Assembly: GCA_965204745.1 (NCBI GenBank)
Contig: OZ242010.1
Coordinates: 4,512,001 to 4,576,000, forward strand
DNA length: 64,000 nt
Direction of reading: 5' to 3'
Source of the DNA: Candidatus Latescibacterota bacterium
Lineage (GTDB): Bacteria; Latescibacterota; UBA2968
Below the pieces are notes generated by a model that was not told the origin of the DNA, ran no database searches, and worked only from the letters and a program-made list of their open reading frames with translations. The position numbers were made by a program, and so were the translations under genes. This document shows, in pieces, positions 30,635-40,028 of this stretch; within the stretch, counting starts at the first letter, position 1; each line of letters begins with the position of its first letter.

Positions 30635-33154
30635 CTAAAACTCAAATTCAAAATTGAGATAATCGCTCATGCCCTCGCCTGTCGCGCCTGCGTCTGAAAA
30701 ATCCTGCGCCACCCGGGAAAAATCCGGTTGCCCGGCCAAGGCGAGATGGGCGCACCAAAACCTGCTGTTGCGAACCGCGACCCAGGGCCATGCCAATCCC
30801 AATGAGAGGACGAGCAAAATGAAATTGCCCACCTTCAACGACAGGAGGCGACTCGCACCGACTGTCGAGAGAAACGGGATGCCTTCCAATGTGGTGTGCG
30901 CCCAGTAGTAGCGCGTCTTTCGCGCCGAGTACCACACCCAGCACAAAAACAGGGTAAAAGGCGAGAGCAACATGCACATCGCGAAAGGCCCGAACAGGTC
31001 GCGCCCACGCCCGGAAAAATCGAACCGCCCCGTGCCAAAGCGCGTGTCTTGGGTCATGAATCGGCGCATTTTGGTTTCAAAATAGGGATAGTAAAACCCC
31101 AAGGTGAACAGGGTTTTCAGCAGCCCGACATGGTAGATTTTGAAAAATTTTTTCACATCGCCCCGGAAGGACAACCGAATGCCCCGCCAAGACGTGCGGC
31201 TGAGCCGGAACCGCCACGATCCCACAAGCGCCATGGGCAAGAACAGAAAAAGGAGAAGCCCGTAAAACGCGATGAGGGTGATCCACTCGTGCGTCGTATT
31301 TTCCCAAAAAAACGAAGGCACCTCTGACAGCACGGTGATGGTGACGATCAACAAAACGGCCTTGATCCAGCCCACGCAGAGTTCGCCGCCAGTGGTGGTG
31401 TTTGAAAACCGGCTGTCGTGCAATGCGGTTTGGCTGTGCATATAACGCCGAATTTTCGCCCTGCCCCAAAAGTAATATACCCCAAAGGTGAGGAGCGTGA
31501 GCAGGGTGTTGACCACAAAAACCCCAAACAAGCTGCGTCCCTTTCCGTGAAAGCGCAGGCGCAGGGCATTGGGAAAGTCCTCTCGTGCGAGCGCGTTGGG
31601 CGATTGCGAAGCAACCGCTTGAATGAAGAGATGGAACGCGCCGACGAGCACCGCGATGATGAGAAACGAAGCGAGCATTGCAAAAATGAGTTTTTGCAGC
31701 ACCGCATCGACAAACCACATGGGGCGAATATCCACGCCTTTGACGACCTCGCCGGGCCTGACGACGAGGTCGCGGCCTCCGCCCCAGGCATCGGGCACTT
31801 GAATCCTGTAGTCGCCGGGCGAGACTTTCATCTCGTAAAACCCTCGGGCATCGGTCGCGGCGCTCGCTTTGACATGGCTATCGGGGGTTGTCGCAGATAC
31901 GGCAATTGACGGCATCGCCTTCCCCGCCCGATTTTCAACATGTCCGGAAATGCGCGCCCATTGCGTCGTGTCCGGTTCAAACGCGGTCAGGGCCCGATCC
32001 GGTATCTGCAACAACAACTTGTCGTTTGGCAGTTCGGCAATTTTCCAAACCCAACTGCCGGGCAAGCCATCGCTTTTCGTCAGCGCGATCCACGCTTGCC
32101 CGTCAAAACGAATCAGACCGCCTTGATCGGGATCGGCGATATCGCGGTGGTGCGTGCCAAACCAAAACGCGCCATCTCGCGCCCCCAACGCGGCCCGCAC
32201 TGCGTTGACGGGCATGCCCGCCCGTTTGTCGATCACGCGCCATTTGCCGCCATCAAAAACGGAAATGTTATGGCGATTGCCGTGCGTACACCACACGTCG
32301 CCATTTTTGCCCACGGCGATTCGATACACCTTTTCGTTGCTCAACCCGTCTGTGCGGTTGTAATTGTGCCATCGATTGCCTCGATATCGGCTCGCGCTTT
32401 TGAGGGTCGCGGCCCATACATGACCTTCCCGATCGACGGCCAAGTCGTAAATCCTATCGTGCATAAGTCCGGCTTTGGTCGTGTGGTGATACCAGCGTCT
32501 ATCCGCGTACTCAAAGATGCCGTAGCCCGAATAATGACTGCGTTGAAAGAGCGGTTCAGCGCGCATCCAAAATCGCCCTTTGCCATCGACGACCCCCGGC
32601 GGGCGCACGATCAAATCCCACTTCATTTTGGTCTTGGTCGTCTCCCATGTCGCGCCGTCGTAGCGCGATGCAACGAGCGAATCCCGGGCGTGTCCGAAAA
32701 ACCACATCGCCCCGGCCGCATCTCGCACGATCACGCGCACCTGATGGTCGAAGGTCATCTGCGATAGCTGATTCTGTTTCAGCACAAAGACCTCCCGTTG
32801 CCGCGCCCACCACAAGTTGCCTTCGCGGTCAATATAAGGCCATTCCCCGGCATCCAAAAATGACGTGCCCGTAATCGAGCTCCAGCGACCGGCAACAGTC
32901 GTATCCCCAGGCACGAGCTCAAATGGCACGCTCGCAACCGTGTTCCAGCCACCGGAAGTCGTATCCAGAACCTGTGCGCGCGCTTCATCTCGCCCTTCTC
33001 GAGCGATCAGACCAGACAACGCGGATGTCACCTCCTCGTGGAGATTGTTCGCACGCCCGGCAGTGACCGTATCCACAGGCACACCCTCGTTTTCCCGCGC
33101 AAGACAAGTGGATGTGAAGGTCAACAGAAGAATGAAGGAAAGTCGGTATGGCAT
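30635..33154 (-). CDS. YjgN/DUF898 membrane protein fused to an N-terminal beta-propeller and carboxypeptidase-regulatory-like domain
   Basis: GL.....I.....G..W propeller repeats; C-terminal 'VNTLLTLLTFGVYYFW...RRY' DUF898 pattern; start uncertain. Confidence 0.8.
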   Translation of the reverse strand: MPYRLSFILLLTFTSTCLARENEGVPVDTVTAGRANNLHEEVTSALSGLIAREGRDEARAQVLDTTSGGWNTVASVPFELVPGDTTVAGRWSSITGTSFLDAGEWPYIDREGNLWWARQREVFVLKQNQLSQMTFDHQVRVIVRDAAGAMWFFGHARDSLVASRYDGATWETTKTKMKWDLIVRPPGVVDGKGRFWMRAEPLFQRSHYSGYGIFEYADRRWYHHTTKAGLMHDRIYDLAVDREGHVWAATLKSASRYRGNRWHNYNRTDGLSNEKVYRIAVGKNGDVWCTHGNRHNISVFDGGKWRVIDKRAGMPVNAVRAALGARDGAFWFGTHHRDIADPDQGGLIRFDGQAWIALTKSDGLPGSWVWKIAELPNDKLLLQIPDRALTAFEPDTTQWARISGHVENRAGKAMPSIAVSATTPDSHVKASAATDARGFYEMKVSPGDYRIQVPDAWGGGRDLVVRPGEVVKGVDIRPMWFVDAVLQKLIFAMLASFLIIAVLVGAFHLFIQAVASQSPNALAREDFPNALRLRFHGKGRSLFGVFVVNTLLTLLTFGVYYFWGRAKIRRYMHSQTALHDSRFSNTTTGGELCVGWIKAVLLIVTITVLSEVPSFFWENTTHEWITLIAFYGLLLFLFLPMALVGSWRFRLSRTSWRGIRLSFRGDVKKFFKIYHVGLLKTLFTLGFYYPYFETKMRRFMTQDTRFGTGRFDFSGRGRDLFGPFAMCMLLSPFTLFLCWVWYSARKTRYYWAHTTLEGIPFLSTVGASRLLSLKVGNFILLVLSLGLAWPWVAVRNSRFWCAHLALAGQPDFSRVAQDFSDAGATGEGMSDYLNFEFEF

Positions 33155-33219
33155 GGGAAAGTCACTGGATTCTACCCCTGCTTTAAGCTGCGTCAGATCA
33201 GGTGCTGACATACTTTTAT

Positions 33220-33845
33220 TTTTAGGACCACTGACCGCTCGGTGGTCAGGTTGGGCGGGACTGACAACTGACAACTGACAACTTGGGGTGACCGGACTTC
33301 TTACCTCTTGCGTCTTCCCTCTCCCCTCTTACTTCTCACCTTTTAGGACCACTGACCGCTCGGTGGTCAGGTTCCCGTCTCACCTCTTACCGAAGGGGGT
33401 TGGGCGGGGACTGACAACTGACAACTGACAAAGGTGAGAGGCAAGACGGGAGAAGACTTACACTCACTGCTCGCCTTTGAATTAGGTTGTGTTGACATTT
33501 CATTTTTTTGTTGCGCGAGGGGACCTATCCCCCGGCCCCGTTATTCGCTTCGCTCATTGTAGGCTACGCCTGTGCCTGCGAGGAAAGGGGAGTAAAGTGT
33601 CTTTGATGGCTTCTCGCTCTGGTTGCTCTGATGGCGTTGACCGAGGGCATAAAGCGATTAAAAATCCCTCATCAATCCCCTCGCAAAACCGCTCACAGTT
33701 CCCCCCTTCCTCAAAGGAAGGGGGGCCAGGGGGGTAGGTCCCGATACAGAACCTAGCTATCGCCAGTTGTACCCCGCTCGTGTTTTGTGCCTTTGAACTG
33801 GCTGTCGCCAGTTGTACCCCGCTCGTGCCTTTTGTGGCTAATTCC
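33220..33845. repeat. Composite intergenic repeat cluster (duplicated 33-mer, heptamers, families A and B)
   Basis: ttttaggaccactgaccgctcggtggtcaggtt at 33221 and 33341; ctgacaa runs; family B at about 33510-33742; family A at about 33757-33845. Confidence 0.8.
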
Positions 33846-33853
33846 ATCTTGTC

Positions 33854-35059
33854 TTACGGTCGCATGGGCGATCCATCTGGCGCGCGGGTTTGCGTCCATT
33901 GGATGATCTCGTCTTGGGGCGGGTATTTCGCGGCGAGGGCTTCGTCGATGTCGATGCCCAGGCCGGGCGCGTCATTGGGATACATGTAGCCTTTTCGCAC
34001 TTCGGGCAGGCCGGGGAACATGTCGTACACCAACTCGTCGAAGCGGCACCATTCCTGAATCCCAAAATTGGGCGCCCACAGGTCGAGGTGCAAATTGGCG
34101 GCGTGACCCACTGGGGATGTGTCGCCCGGGCCGTGCCACGCGGTTCGCACGTTGTACATATTGGCAAAGGCCGCGACATTGCGCGCAGGGGTGATGCCGC
34201 CCATCTGGCTGACGTGCATGCGAATAAAGTCGATGAGGCGGTCTTGGATGAGGGGCATCCATTCGTGCGGGTGGTTGAAGAGTTCGCCCATGGCCAAGGG
34301 CGTGGCGCATTGGGCGCGCATGTGGTGAAAATACGCATTGTCTTCTGGCGCGAGGGCATCTTCGAGAAAGAAGAGTTTGAACGGCTCTACGTCCTTGGCG
34401 AATTGGATGGCGTCTATGGGGCGCAACCGCTCGTGGATGTCGTGGAGCAATTCGATTTCCGGGCCGATTTCCGCGCGCACATATTCGATCATGTCGCACA
34501 TGCGCCGGCAGTATTCTCGCGGATGGTAATACGCCCCGTCCGGCGCGCCATCGGGTTTTTGGATGGTCTGCGACTGCCCGCCGTACCCGCCCATTTGCAC
34601 GCGGATGTGCCGATAACCCTGTTCCATGTGGTAACGCACGCTCTCGACCACTTCGCGTTTGTCGCGGCCATTGGCGTGTGAGTAGGTGTCTGCGGCTTCT
34701 CGACACTTGCCGCCGAGGAGTTGGTACACGGGCATGCCCGCGCGTTTGCCCATGATGTCCCACAGGGCCTGATCCACGCCCGAGATGGCGTTGTTGAGCA
34801 CCGGGCCATTGCGCCAGTACCCGTTGACCATGCTCATTTGCCAAATTTCTTCAATGCGATTCGCGTCGCGCCCGATGAGAAAGGGCTTGAGGTGTTTTTC
34901 AATGGCTGTCTGTACCGCGTGAAATCTCTGTGTGAAGGTCGCACATCCCAACCCGTAAAGCCCGTTTTCCGAGGTGGTGATTTTGACGATGACGAGGCGC
35001 GATCCCGCGGGTTGCGTCACGATGGTTTTGACGTCTTTGATCGTTACCATTTCCGACAT
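33854..35059 (-). CDS. Enolase-superfamily sugar-acid dehydratase (RspA/ManD-like)
   Basis: YWRNGPVLNNAISGVDQALWDI, LLHDIHER, FLED, AMGE and AWHGP motifs. Confidence 0.9.
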   Translation of the reverse strand: MSEMVTIKDVKTIVTQPAGSRLVIVKITTSENGLYGLGCATFTQRFHAVQTAIEKHLKPFLIGRDANRIEEIWQMSMVNGYWRNGPVLNNAISGVDQALWDIMGKRAGMPVYQLLGGKCREAADTYSHANGRDKREVVESVRYHMEQGYRHIRVQMGGYGGQSQTIQKPDGAPDGAYYHPREYCRRMCDMIEYVRAEIGPEIELLHDIHERLRPIDAIQFAKDVEPFKLFFLEDALAPEDNAYFHHMRAQCATPLAMGELFNHPHEWMPLIQDRLIDFIRMHVSQMGGITPARNVAAFANMYNVRTAWHGPGDTSPVGHAANLHLDLWAPNFGIQEWCRFDELVYDMFPGLPEVRKGYMYPNDAPGLGIDIDEALAAKYPPQDEIIQWTQTRAPDGSPMRP

Positions 35060-35083
35060 GCTTATCCTCCTTGAGAGACACAA

Positions 35084-35311
35084 CTACGTGGCTGCAAACC
35101 CTCCGACTTCAACCGATACGGCATCGAAACGCGCGTCGCCGGGTTGGTAGGACAGCAATTCCATACCGATGGGTTGCCCGCTCGTTTCATCTTTGATGAT
35201 GATGCCATCGCCAATTTCCGTACACAGTTGGTTCTTGCGCGGAGCCTGCCAGTAAATCGTCAGCAACTCGGCCTCGGCCTCATAGAATACCTTGACTTGT
35301 GCCATAGACAT
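35084..35311 (-). CDS. DUF2283-like small protein
   Basis: 'VFYE.E..LL.I......GDGIIIKDE.SG.PIGMELL' pattern. Confidence 0.7.
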   Translation of the reverse strand: MSMAQVKVFYEAEAELLTIYWQAPRKNQLCTEIGDGIIIKDETSGQPIGMELLSYQPGDARFDAVSVEVGGFAAT

Positions 35312-35325
35312 ACCGCCCTTCTTTG

Positions 35326-36366
35326 CTATAACCCCTCGGGCAACGCGAGGGCGAATCGGCGTGCGGCTTCGCGGAGTTTTTCCGCCGTGCCCTTCGGAAT
35401 GGGAATGCCATCGACAGCGCGCTGGGCCAGAGTGAGATTTTCCGGTTCGCCTGGCATGAGAATGTCGTCGAAGCCATCGGCTTTGGGCAATGCCTTGAGT
35501 TCATCGACCAGATTATCCACGAGGTTTTTGTACTCGTCGAGGTCGATGAAAAACGAAATGTCGATGGCGGCGACAATGCCGTTTTGCGCTCTGGGATTTT
35601 TGCCCCCGCGCAACACGGGCGCGAGCAGGGGATTGCCGGCCATCAGGCTGGACAAACACTGAAAAATCAGCGCGAGCCCCGATCCCTTAGGCCCGCCTGC
35701 CGGGCGCAGGATGACGCCTTTGCGTGCATCGGTGGTCGGGTTGCCTTGGGCATCGAGTGCCCAGTCCGCGCCGAGGGACACGCCCTTGTCCCGGGCGAGA
35801 TCGAGTTTGCCCCCGGCCGCGACGCTGGTCGCCATATCGAGGCTGATGGGGTCGCGCTCGTTTGCGGGAATCGCGATGGCGATGGGGCTGTTGTGCAGGC
35901 CCGCGGCTTTCGCGCCAAACGGGGCCATGTTGGGCGGGCTACAAACAATGGCAATCCCGGCAAAGCCCTCGTGCGCGGCCATCAAGGCGTAATAGGCCAT
36001 CGCGCCTTGGTGCGTGACATTGCTGAGCAACACCCACCCAATGCCCACATTTTTCGCCATGTCAATGGCTTTGTGCATCGCGGGCACAGTGGCGACCGGG
36101 CCGAGCGCGCGGTCGCACGCGATATGGGCAACCGCAGGCGATTCTTTGATCGTGCGGATATTGGGCCGCGCATTCATCGCGCCGGATTCGATGTTGTCGA
36201 GATACGAGAGCACGCGCAAAACCCCGTGCGAATCCACGCCGCGCAAATTTGCCCACACGAGCACTTCCGCTTCCATCGCGGCATCTTCGGGCGGCATGCC
36301 CGCGCGTTCAAAGACGGACTGGATAAAGGGTTCGAGATGTTCTGCGCGTATGCGAATGTCTGGCAT
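35326..36366 (-). CDS. Ldh_2 family oxidoreductase (malate/L-lactate/sulfolactate dehydrogenase-like)
   Basis: RGVDSHG, DMATS, GGPKGSGL and MPGE motifs. Confidence 0.9.
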   Translation of the reverse strand: MPDIRIRAEHLEPFIQSVFERAGMPPEDAAMEAEVLVWANLRGVDSHGVLRVLSYLDNIESGAMNARPNIRTIKESPAVAHIACDRALGPVATVPAMHKAIDMAKNVGIGWVLLSNVTHQGAMAYYALMAAHEGFAGIAIVCSPPNMAPFGAKAAGLHNSPIAIAIPANERDPISLDMATSVAAGGKLDLARDKGVSLGADWALDAQGNPTTDARKGVILRPAGGPKGSGLALIFQCLSSLMAGNPLLAPVLRGGKNPRAQNGIVAAIDISFFIDLDEYKNLVDNLVDELKALPKADGFDDILMPGEPENLTLAQRAVDGIPIPKGTAEKLREAARRFALALPEGL

Positions 36367-36774
36367 GGGAGTCCTTTCAAAAAGCAACCACAGGCATGTT
36401 CCGGCGGGTGCAAGCCGGGATGAACGCGGAGCGCAGGTAGGCCCACTGGATTAAAGCATTCCAGCACAAGCCCTGTGCCCACCCGTCGAGAAATCTTGAC
36501 TTTGCGATTTTTACGCGCTATGGTAACGCCGCACAAAGTTAGGTCGGCATTTTGGGGGCGTCAAGGGAATTGTGAGCGATCAGCGTTTAGCGTTCAGCCC
36601 CAAAGGCGGTTGACCACTGCCCACTTGGGGCATGAGGCCGGGGTCACACACACGGCGGGGTGAGGACGGGATGGGCACGCACGGGCGGCGAGGTGGCGAG
36701 GTGAGGCCGCACGGGCGGTTGGGCGATGCCCTTGTGCTCGCCCAAAGGCGAAAGCAATCACAGGAGATTTTATC

Positions 36775-37770
36775 ATGAGAATTGGGATTATGGGCATGCA
36801 CTACGGGCATATCGGGGGGATGTTTCACTCGGCCATCAACGCGCCAAATGGCGAGGTTGTCGGCCTCGTGGAAGCAGATGACGCGCTGTACCAAAAATAC
36901 ACCGCACAGCAGGCCATCCCGCGCTTTGCCACGCTCGAGGATATGCTCGAACAGGCAAGACCCGACCTGGTGATCGAGGGCTTGGCGCATGACGAAAAAA
37001 CGCCCGTCATCGAAATGTGCGCCGCAGCGGGCGTCCACATGTTGCTCGACAAACCGCTTTGCCGCACGCGGGACGAATGGCATCGGATCAAAACCGCGGT
37101 GACAAACACCAAGCTCTCTACGTTTTTCACCTCGCGCAGTTACTCCGCCTTTATCGCCCTGCGGCAGGCCATTCAAAACGGCGATTTGGGCGACCTCGTA
37201 AGCCTGATTACCACGCACCCGCACAAACTCGGCGCGAATCCCCCATCGCTCTACTTCGATGCGGACAAATACGTGGGCACCTTCCACGACTTGGCCGGTC
37301 ACGGCGTGGATCAAGTGCGCTGGCTCACCGGGGCAGAATACACGGGCGTTCACGCGCTCGGCACGCTCAAAAAACACATCGGAACGGGCCTCGTGTTCGA
37401 CCACGTCCAAGCGTCGTTCCAACTCGACAATGGCGCGCTCGCCACGGCCACAGCCGATTGGCTCACGCCGAGAGATGCGCGGTCTTTTGGGGATACGCGC
37501 TTTATCATCATGGGCACGGAAGGCTCGGCGCACTTGCGCGCTTACGCCGACGACCATCTGCTCATCGCGTCCAACAAATCGGGTATGTACATGCCAGAAC
37601 TCCCGCCCTCCACGCAGCACGTTTTTGTCGAGAACATGATCGACGCCCTCGCACGCGGCGAAGAGAACTTCATCTCTACCCACGACACCCTCGCGGTTGC
37701 CAATGCCTGCATCACAGCCGAAGAATCCGCGCGGCAAGGAGGGAGGTTTTTGGAGATTAGGGAGGAGTAG
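36775..37770 (+). CDS. Gfo/Idh/MocA family oxidoreductase
   Basis: N-terminal Rossmann fold, DKP and D.AGH..D motifs; AGGAG RBS. Confidence 0.88.
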   Translation: MRIGIMGMHYGHIGGMFHSAINAPNGEVVGLVEADDALYQKYTAQQAIPRFATLEDMLEQARPDLVIEGLAHDEKTPVIEMCAAAGVHMLLDKPLCRTRDEWHRIKTAVTNTKLSTFFTSRSYSAFIALRQAIQNGDLGDLVSLITTHPHKLGANPPSLYFDADKYVGTFHDLAGHGVDQVRWLTGAEYTGVHALGTLKKHIGTGLVFDHVQASFQLDNGALATATADWLTPRDARSFGDTRFIIMGTEGSAHLRAYADDHLLIASNKSGMYMPELPPSTQHVFVENMIDALARGEENFISTHDTLAVANACITAEESARQGGRFLEIREE

Positions 37771-37906
37771 TCCGAATCGCGGATTGTCGCGGAGCGCGGA
37801 TTAAAATCCGTCCATCTGCGCCGCTCCCAAGCGGTCAGTCTCCGCCCTTCCACCCGGCCCGGCGGTGAGGCGTGAGACGCAAGAGGTGAGACGTGAGATG
37901 TAAGAT

Positions 37907-37932
37907 GTAGGGGCGATGCCCCGTGCTCGCCC
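37907..37932 (+). repeat. GTAG-type REP-like palindrome
   Basis: gtaggggcgatgccccgtgctcgccc; copies at 63098-63122 and about 36720-36743. Confidence 0.6.
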
Positions 37933-37967
37933 AAAGAGACAAGAGGGGAGACCGCTCAATCTCTGAC

Positions 37968-38007
37968 AAAATAGCCCTACCGGAACGCATCCGGCAGGGC
38001 TGTTTTT
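37968..38007. terminator. Bidirectional intrinsic terminator between convergent genes
   Basis: aaaatagccctaccgga...tccggcagggctgtttt stem with A and T tails. Confidence 0.75.
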
Positions 38008-38268
38008 TTATTTTCCGTAATGATACCGACAGGCAATAATGGTCAAAGCGTCTTGCGATACAGCATAAACCAAGCGGTGTTCTGCGTTAATACGCCTCGA
38101 CCAATAGCCCGACAATTCACCTTTTAAGGGTTCTAACTTGCCTATCCCTCGAAATGGGTCTCGCTGTGTTGCTTTGATCAGATCATTCACCTGTTTGTGC
38201 AATTTTTGATCGCGTTGCTGAAACCAGAGATAGTCTCGCCATGCGGTTTCCGTGAATACCAATTTCAC
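38008..38268 (-). CDS. yoeB: Txe/YoeB family toxin
   Basis: AW.DYLW.Q, GIGK.EPLK..LSGYWSRRI..EHRLVY and CRYHY motifs. Confidence 0.95.
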   Translation of the reverse strand: MKLVFTETAWRDYLWFQQRDQKLHKQVNDLIKATQRDPFRGIGKLEPLKGELSGYWSRRINAEHRLVYAVSQDALTIIACRYHYGK

Positions 38269-38519
38269 GCTTCTAATAACTCCCGTTCTGAAAATTTTCC
38301 TTTCTCTGCCTCGGCGATAGATCGGCGCAAGTGGGCCGCATTGGCGGGGTTTGAAAGCAGGTACAGGGTTTCCTGCCAGGAATTAAATTCTTCCAGCGAG
38401 AGGATGACCGCTTTTTGACTTCCCTCGCCGCAGATAATCGTGGGGTCGGCATCTGTTGCGACGCGCTCGATGATGCGATCCAAATCGCGCTTGGCTTCGT
38501 TTATCGTAATGGCATTCAT
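38265..38519 (-). CDS. yefM: Phd/YefM family antitoxin
   Basis: AVILSLEEFNSWQETLYLLSNPANAAHL; overlaps the toxin start. Confidence 0.93.
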   Translation of the reverse strand: MNAITINEAKRDLDRIIERVATDADPTIICGEGSQKAVILSLEEFNSWQETLYLLSNPANAAHLRRSIAEAEKGKFSERELLEA

Positions 38520-38554
38520 AGATAACCGCCTTGAGTTTGGGCTTGGGACAGTTC

Positions 38555-38929
38555 TCATTTCGGGATAACAGCATCCAAGTATTTTGAATACCATGAAAGT
38601 ATGGCGACTAAAACGCTGATAATCGTCGTCGCAATCAACCCGTAAAACCATCGCCTATCGGTTTTGAGTTCCGTCTCCACGCGGTTAATGTCGCTTTTCA
38701 AGTTGCTTTCCACGCGGTTGATATTGCTTTCCACGCGGTCAAAGCCCGCGTCTATGCGGTTTAACAACTGCTCAAAACGGGTGATGGATTGACTTTCCAC
38801 GCGGTCGATATCCTTCTCATTCTGTTCGGTTTTGGTCTCAACCGCAACCACGCTTTTTTGCGTGTCATCTAAACGGCGGTCTTGCTCGGATACGTCCTTT
38901 TTAAGCCTCGCCACCTTCTCGGAATCCAT
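38555..38929 (-). CDS. Hypothetical coiled-coil protein with C-terminal TM helix
   Basis: AAAGGAG RBS before MDSEKV; repeated (D/N)RVE(S/T) heptads; hydrophobic tail. Confidence 0.7.
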   Translation of the reverse strand: MDSEKVARLKKDVSEQDRRLDDTQKSVVAVETKTEQNEKDIDRVESQSITRFEQLLNRIDAGFDRVESNINRVESNLKSDINRVETELKTDRRWFYGLIATTIISVLVAILSWYSKYLDAVIPK

Positions 38930-39327
38930 CGTAACAACTCCTTTCTCATCGCGTTTGAACATGCGTTGCCCGCTTGATGGGCTGTAAAAAAGTACACAAA
39001 ACGGGGATGCGTGGCAAGTGGGATTTGCCACGCATTTCGCATATCTCGCTGCATTGCAAACGCGCCTCGATGAAATCGACACTGCGATTTTTCATACCTT
39101 CTTCAAAATCTCTCCTCTAGTGGGATAGGCGAATCGGCGCATCGATCAACGGAACGGGGTATAGGCCAGTTCATCAACGAATCAACCGTAGGGCCAGACC
39201 CTGTCCTCGTATCTAGCACAGAGACCGATAGCGAAACGCCGAGGGCTGATTTCAGGGATCGATCAGGCCATTGGTTTTCCTTTCGCGTCTTTCGCAGTCG
39301 CCCCACTGCCCGCTGACCGACATAAAA

Positions 39328-39486
39328 AAATTTCCGCAGGCGCGAAAAATCTTCTGCTCAACCACTACTGGCCGGGCGATATCCGCGAGTTGCAAAACAC
39401 GCTCAGGCGTGCGATGGTGTGGGCAGATGGCGAAATCCCGACCCGAGAAGCCATTGAAGAAGCCATTTTGCCCGGATTTGGAACCG
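39328..39486 (+). pseudogene. Duplicated fragment of the sigma54 activator gene 3' half
   Basis: Near-identical to 47517-47676 with a few substitutions. Confidence 0.9.
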
Positions 39487-39525
39487 AACAAAAAATGTTA
39501 AAAAAAATCAACCATCAGATCGAAT

Positions 39526-39541
39526 TGGCACGCAACATGCT
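39526..39541 (+). promoter_or_regulatory. Sigma54 (-24/-12) promoter
   Basis: TGGCACGCAACATGCT has exact GG-N10-GC spacing; a bEBP gene lies in the same island. Confidence 0.65.
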
Positions 39542-39691
39542 TAAGTAACGGGCAGGACAGCGGCGGGGATGTTCGGAAGGGCGCGAGGCCAATGTCGAAT
39601 TTTCTGACTTGGCGTGAATCGAACAGGACAGGTAGCCACCTGGGAAAAGTGCAAAGGACTGGAAGCCATCAGTGGAAAGGAGGTGAGTGCC

Positions 39692-39787
39692 GTGGTTAAA
39701 ATTCTGCCGTTTTTGTTCCAGTTGGCTATCGTCATCATAGACAGTTGGCCGGTCATCATAGACAACTGGCCGTCCAAAAAGAGGTAA
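39692..39787 (+). CDS. 31-aa hydrophobic peptide, type I toxin-like (MVKILPFLFQLAIVIIDSWPVIIDNWPSKKR)
   Basis: AAAGGAGGTGA RBS, GTG start, TAA stop, hydrophobic N-terminus, basic tail, downstream hairpins. Confidence 0.65.
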   Translation: MVKILPFLFQLAIVIIDSWPVIIDNWPSKKR

Positions 39788-39907
39788 CATTTTGGGCGGA
39801 GACAGCATCAGGGGGCGAGAGTTCTGCCTCGTCCCCTGAAAAATGGCTCGATAACCTACCAAGCCGCCAGTGGTCAGCTATCCGCAGTCAGCGGTCCCAA
39901 AAATTTC

Positions 39908-39937
39908 TTGACAACCCTGTACATTATTTGGTAGTGT
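39908..39937 (+). promoter_or_regulatory. Sigma70-like promoter of ATPase module 1
   Basis: TTGACA-N18-TAGTGT; conserved in the duplicate at 42769-42798. Confidence 0.55.
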
Positions 39938-40028
39938 GTTTTCATCTTGACCCGTTCCAACCGAGTCAGTATCAAACGCGAGCGTTCATCCCGATCCGAA
40001 CTTTTTAATTTTTTGAGAGGAATCGATC

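Noticed and set aside
39808-39839. Canonical intrinsic terminator after the small peptide
   Set aside because: The stem is strong but has no following U-tract on either strand; reported only as a hairpin
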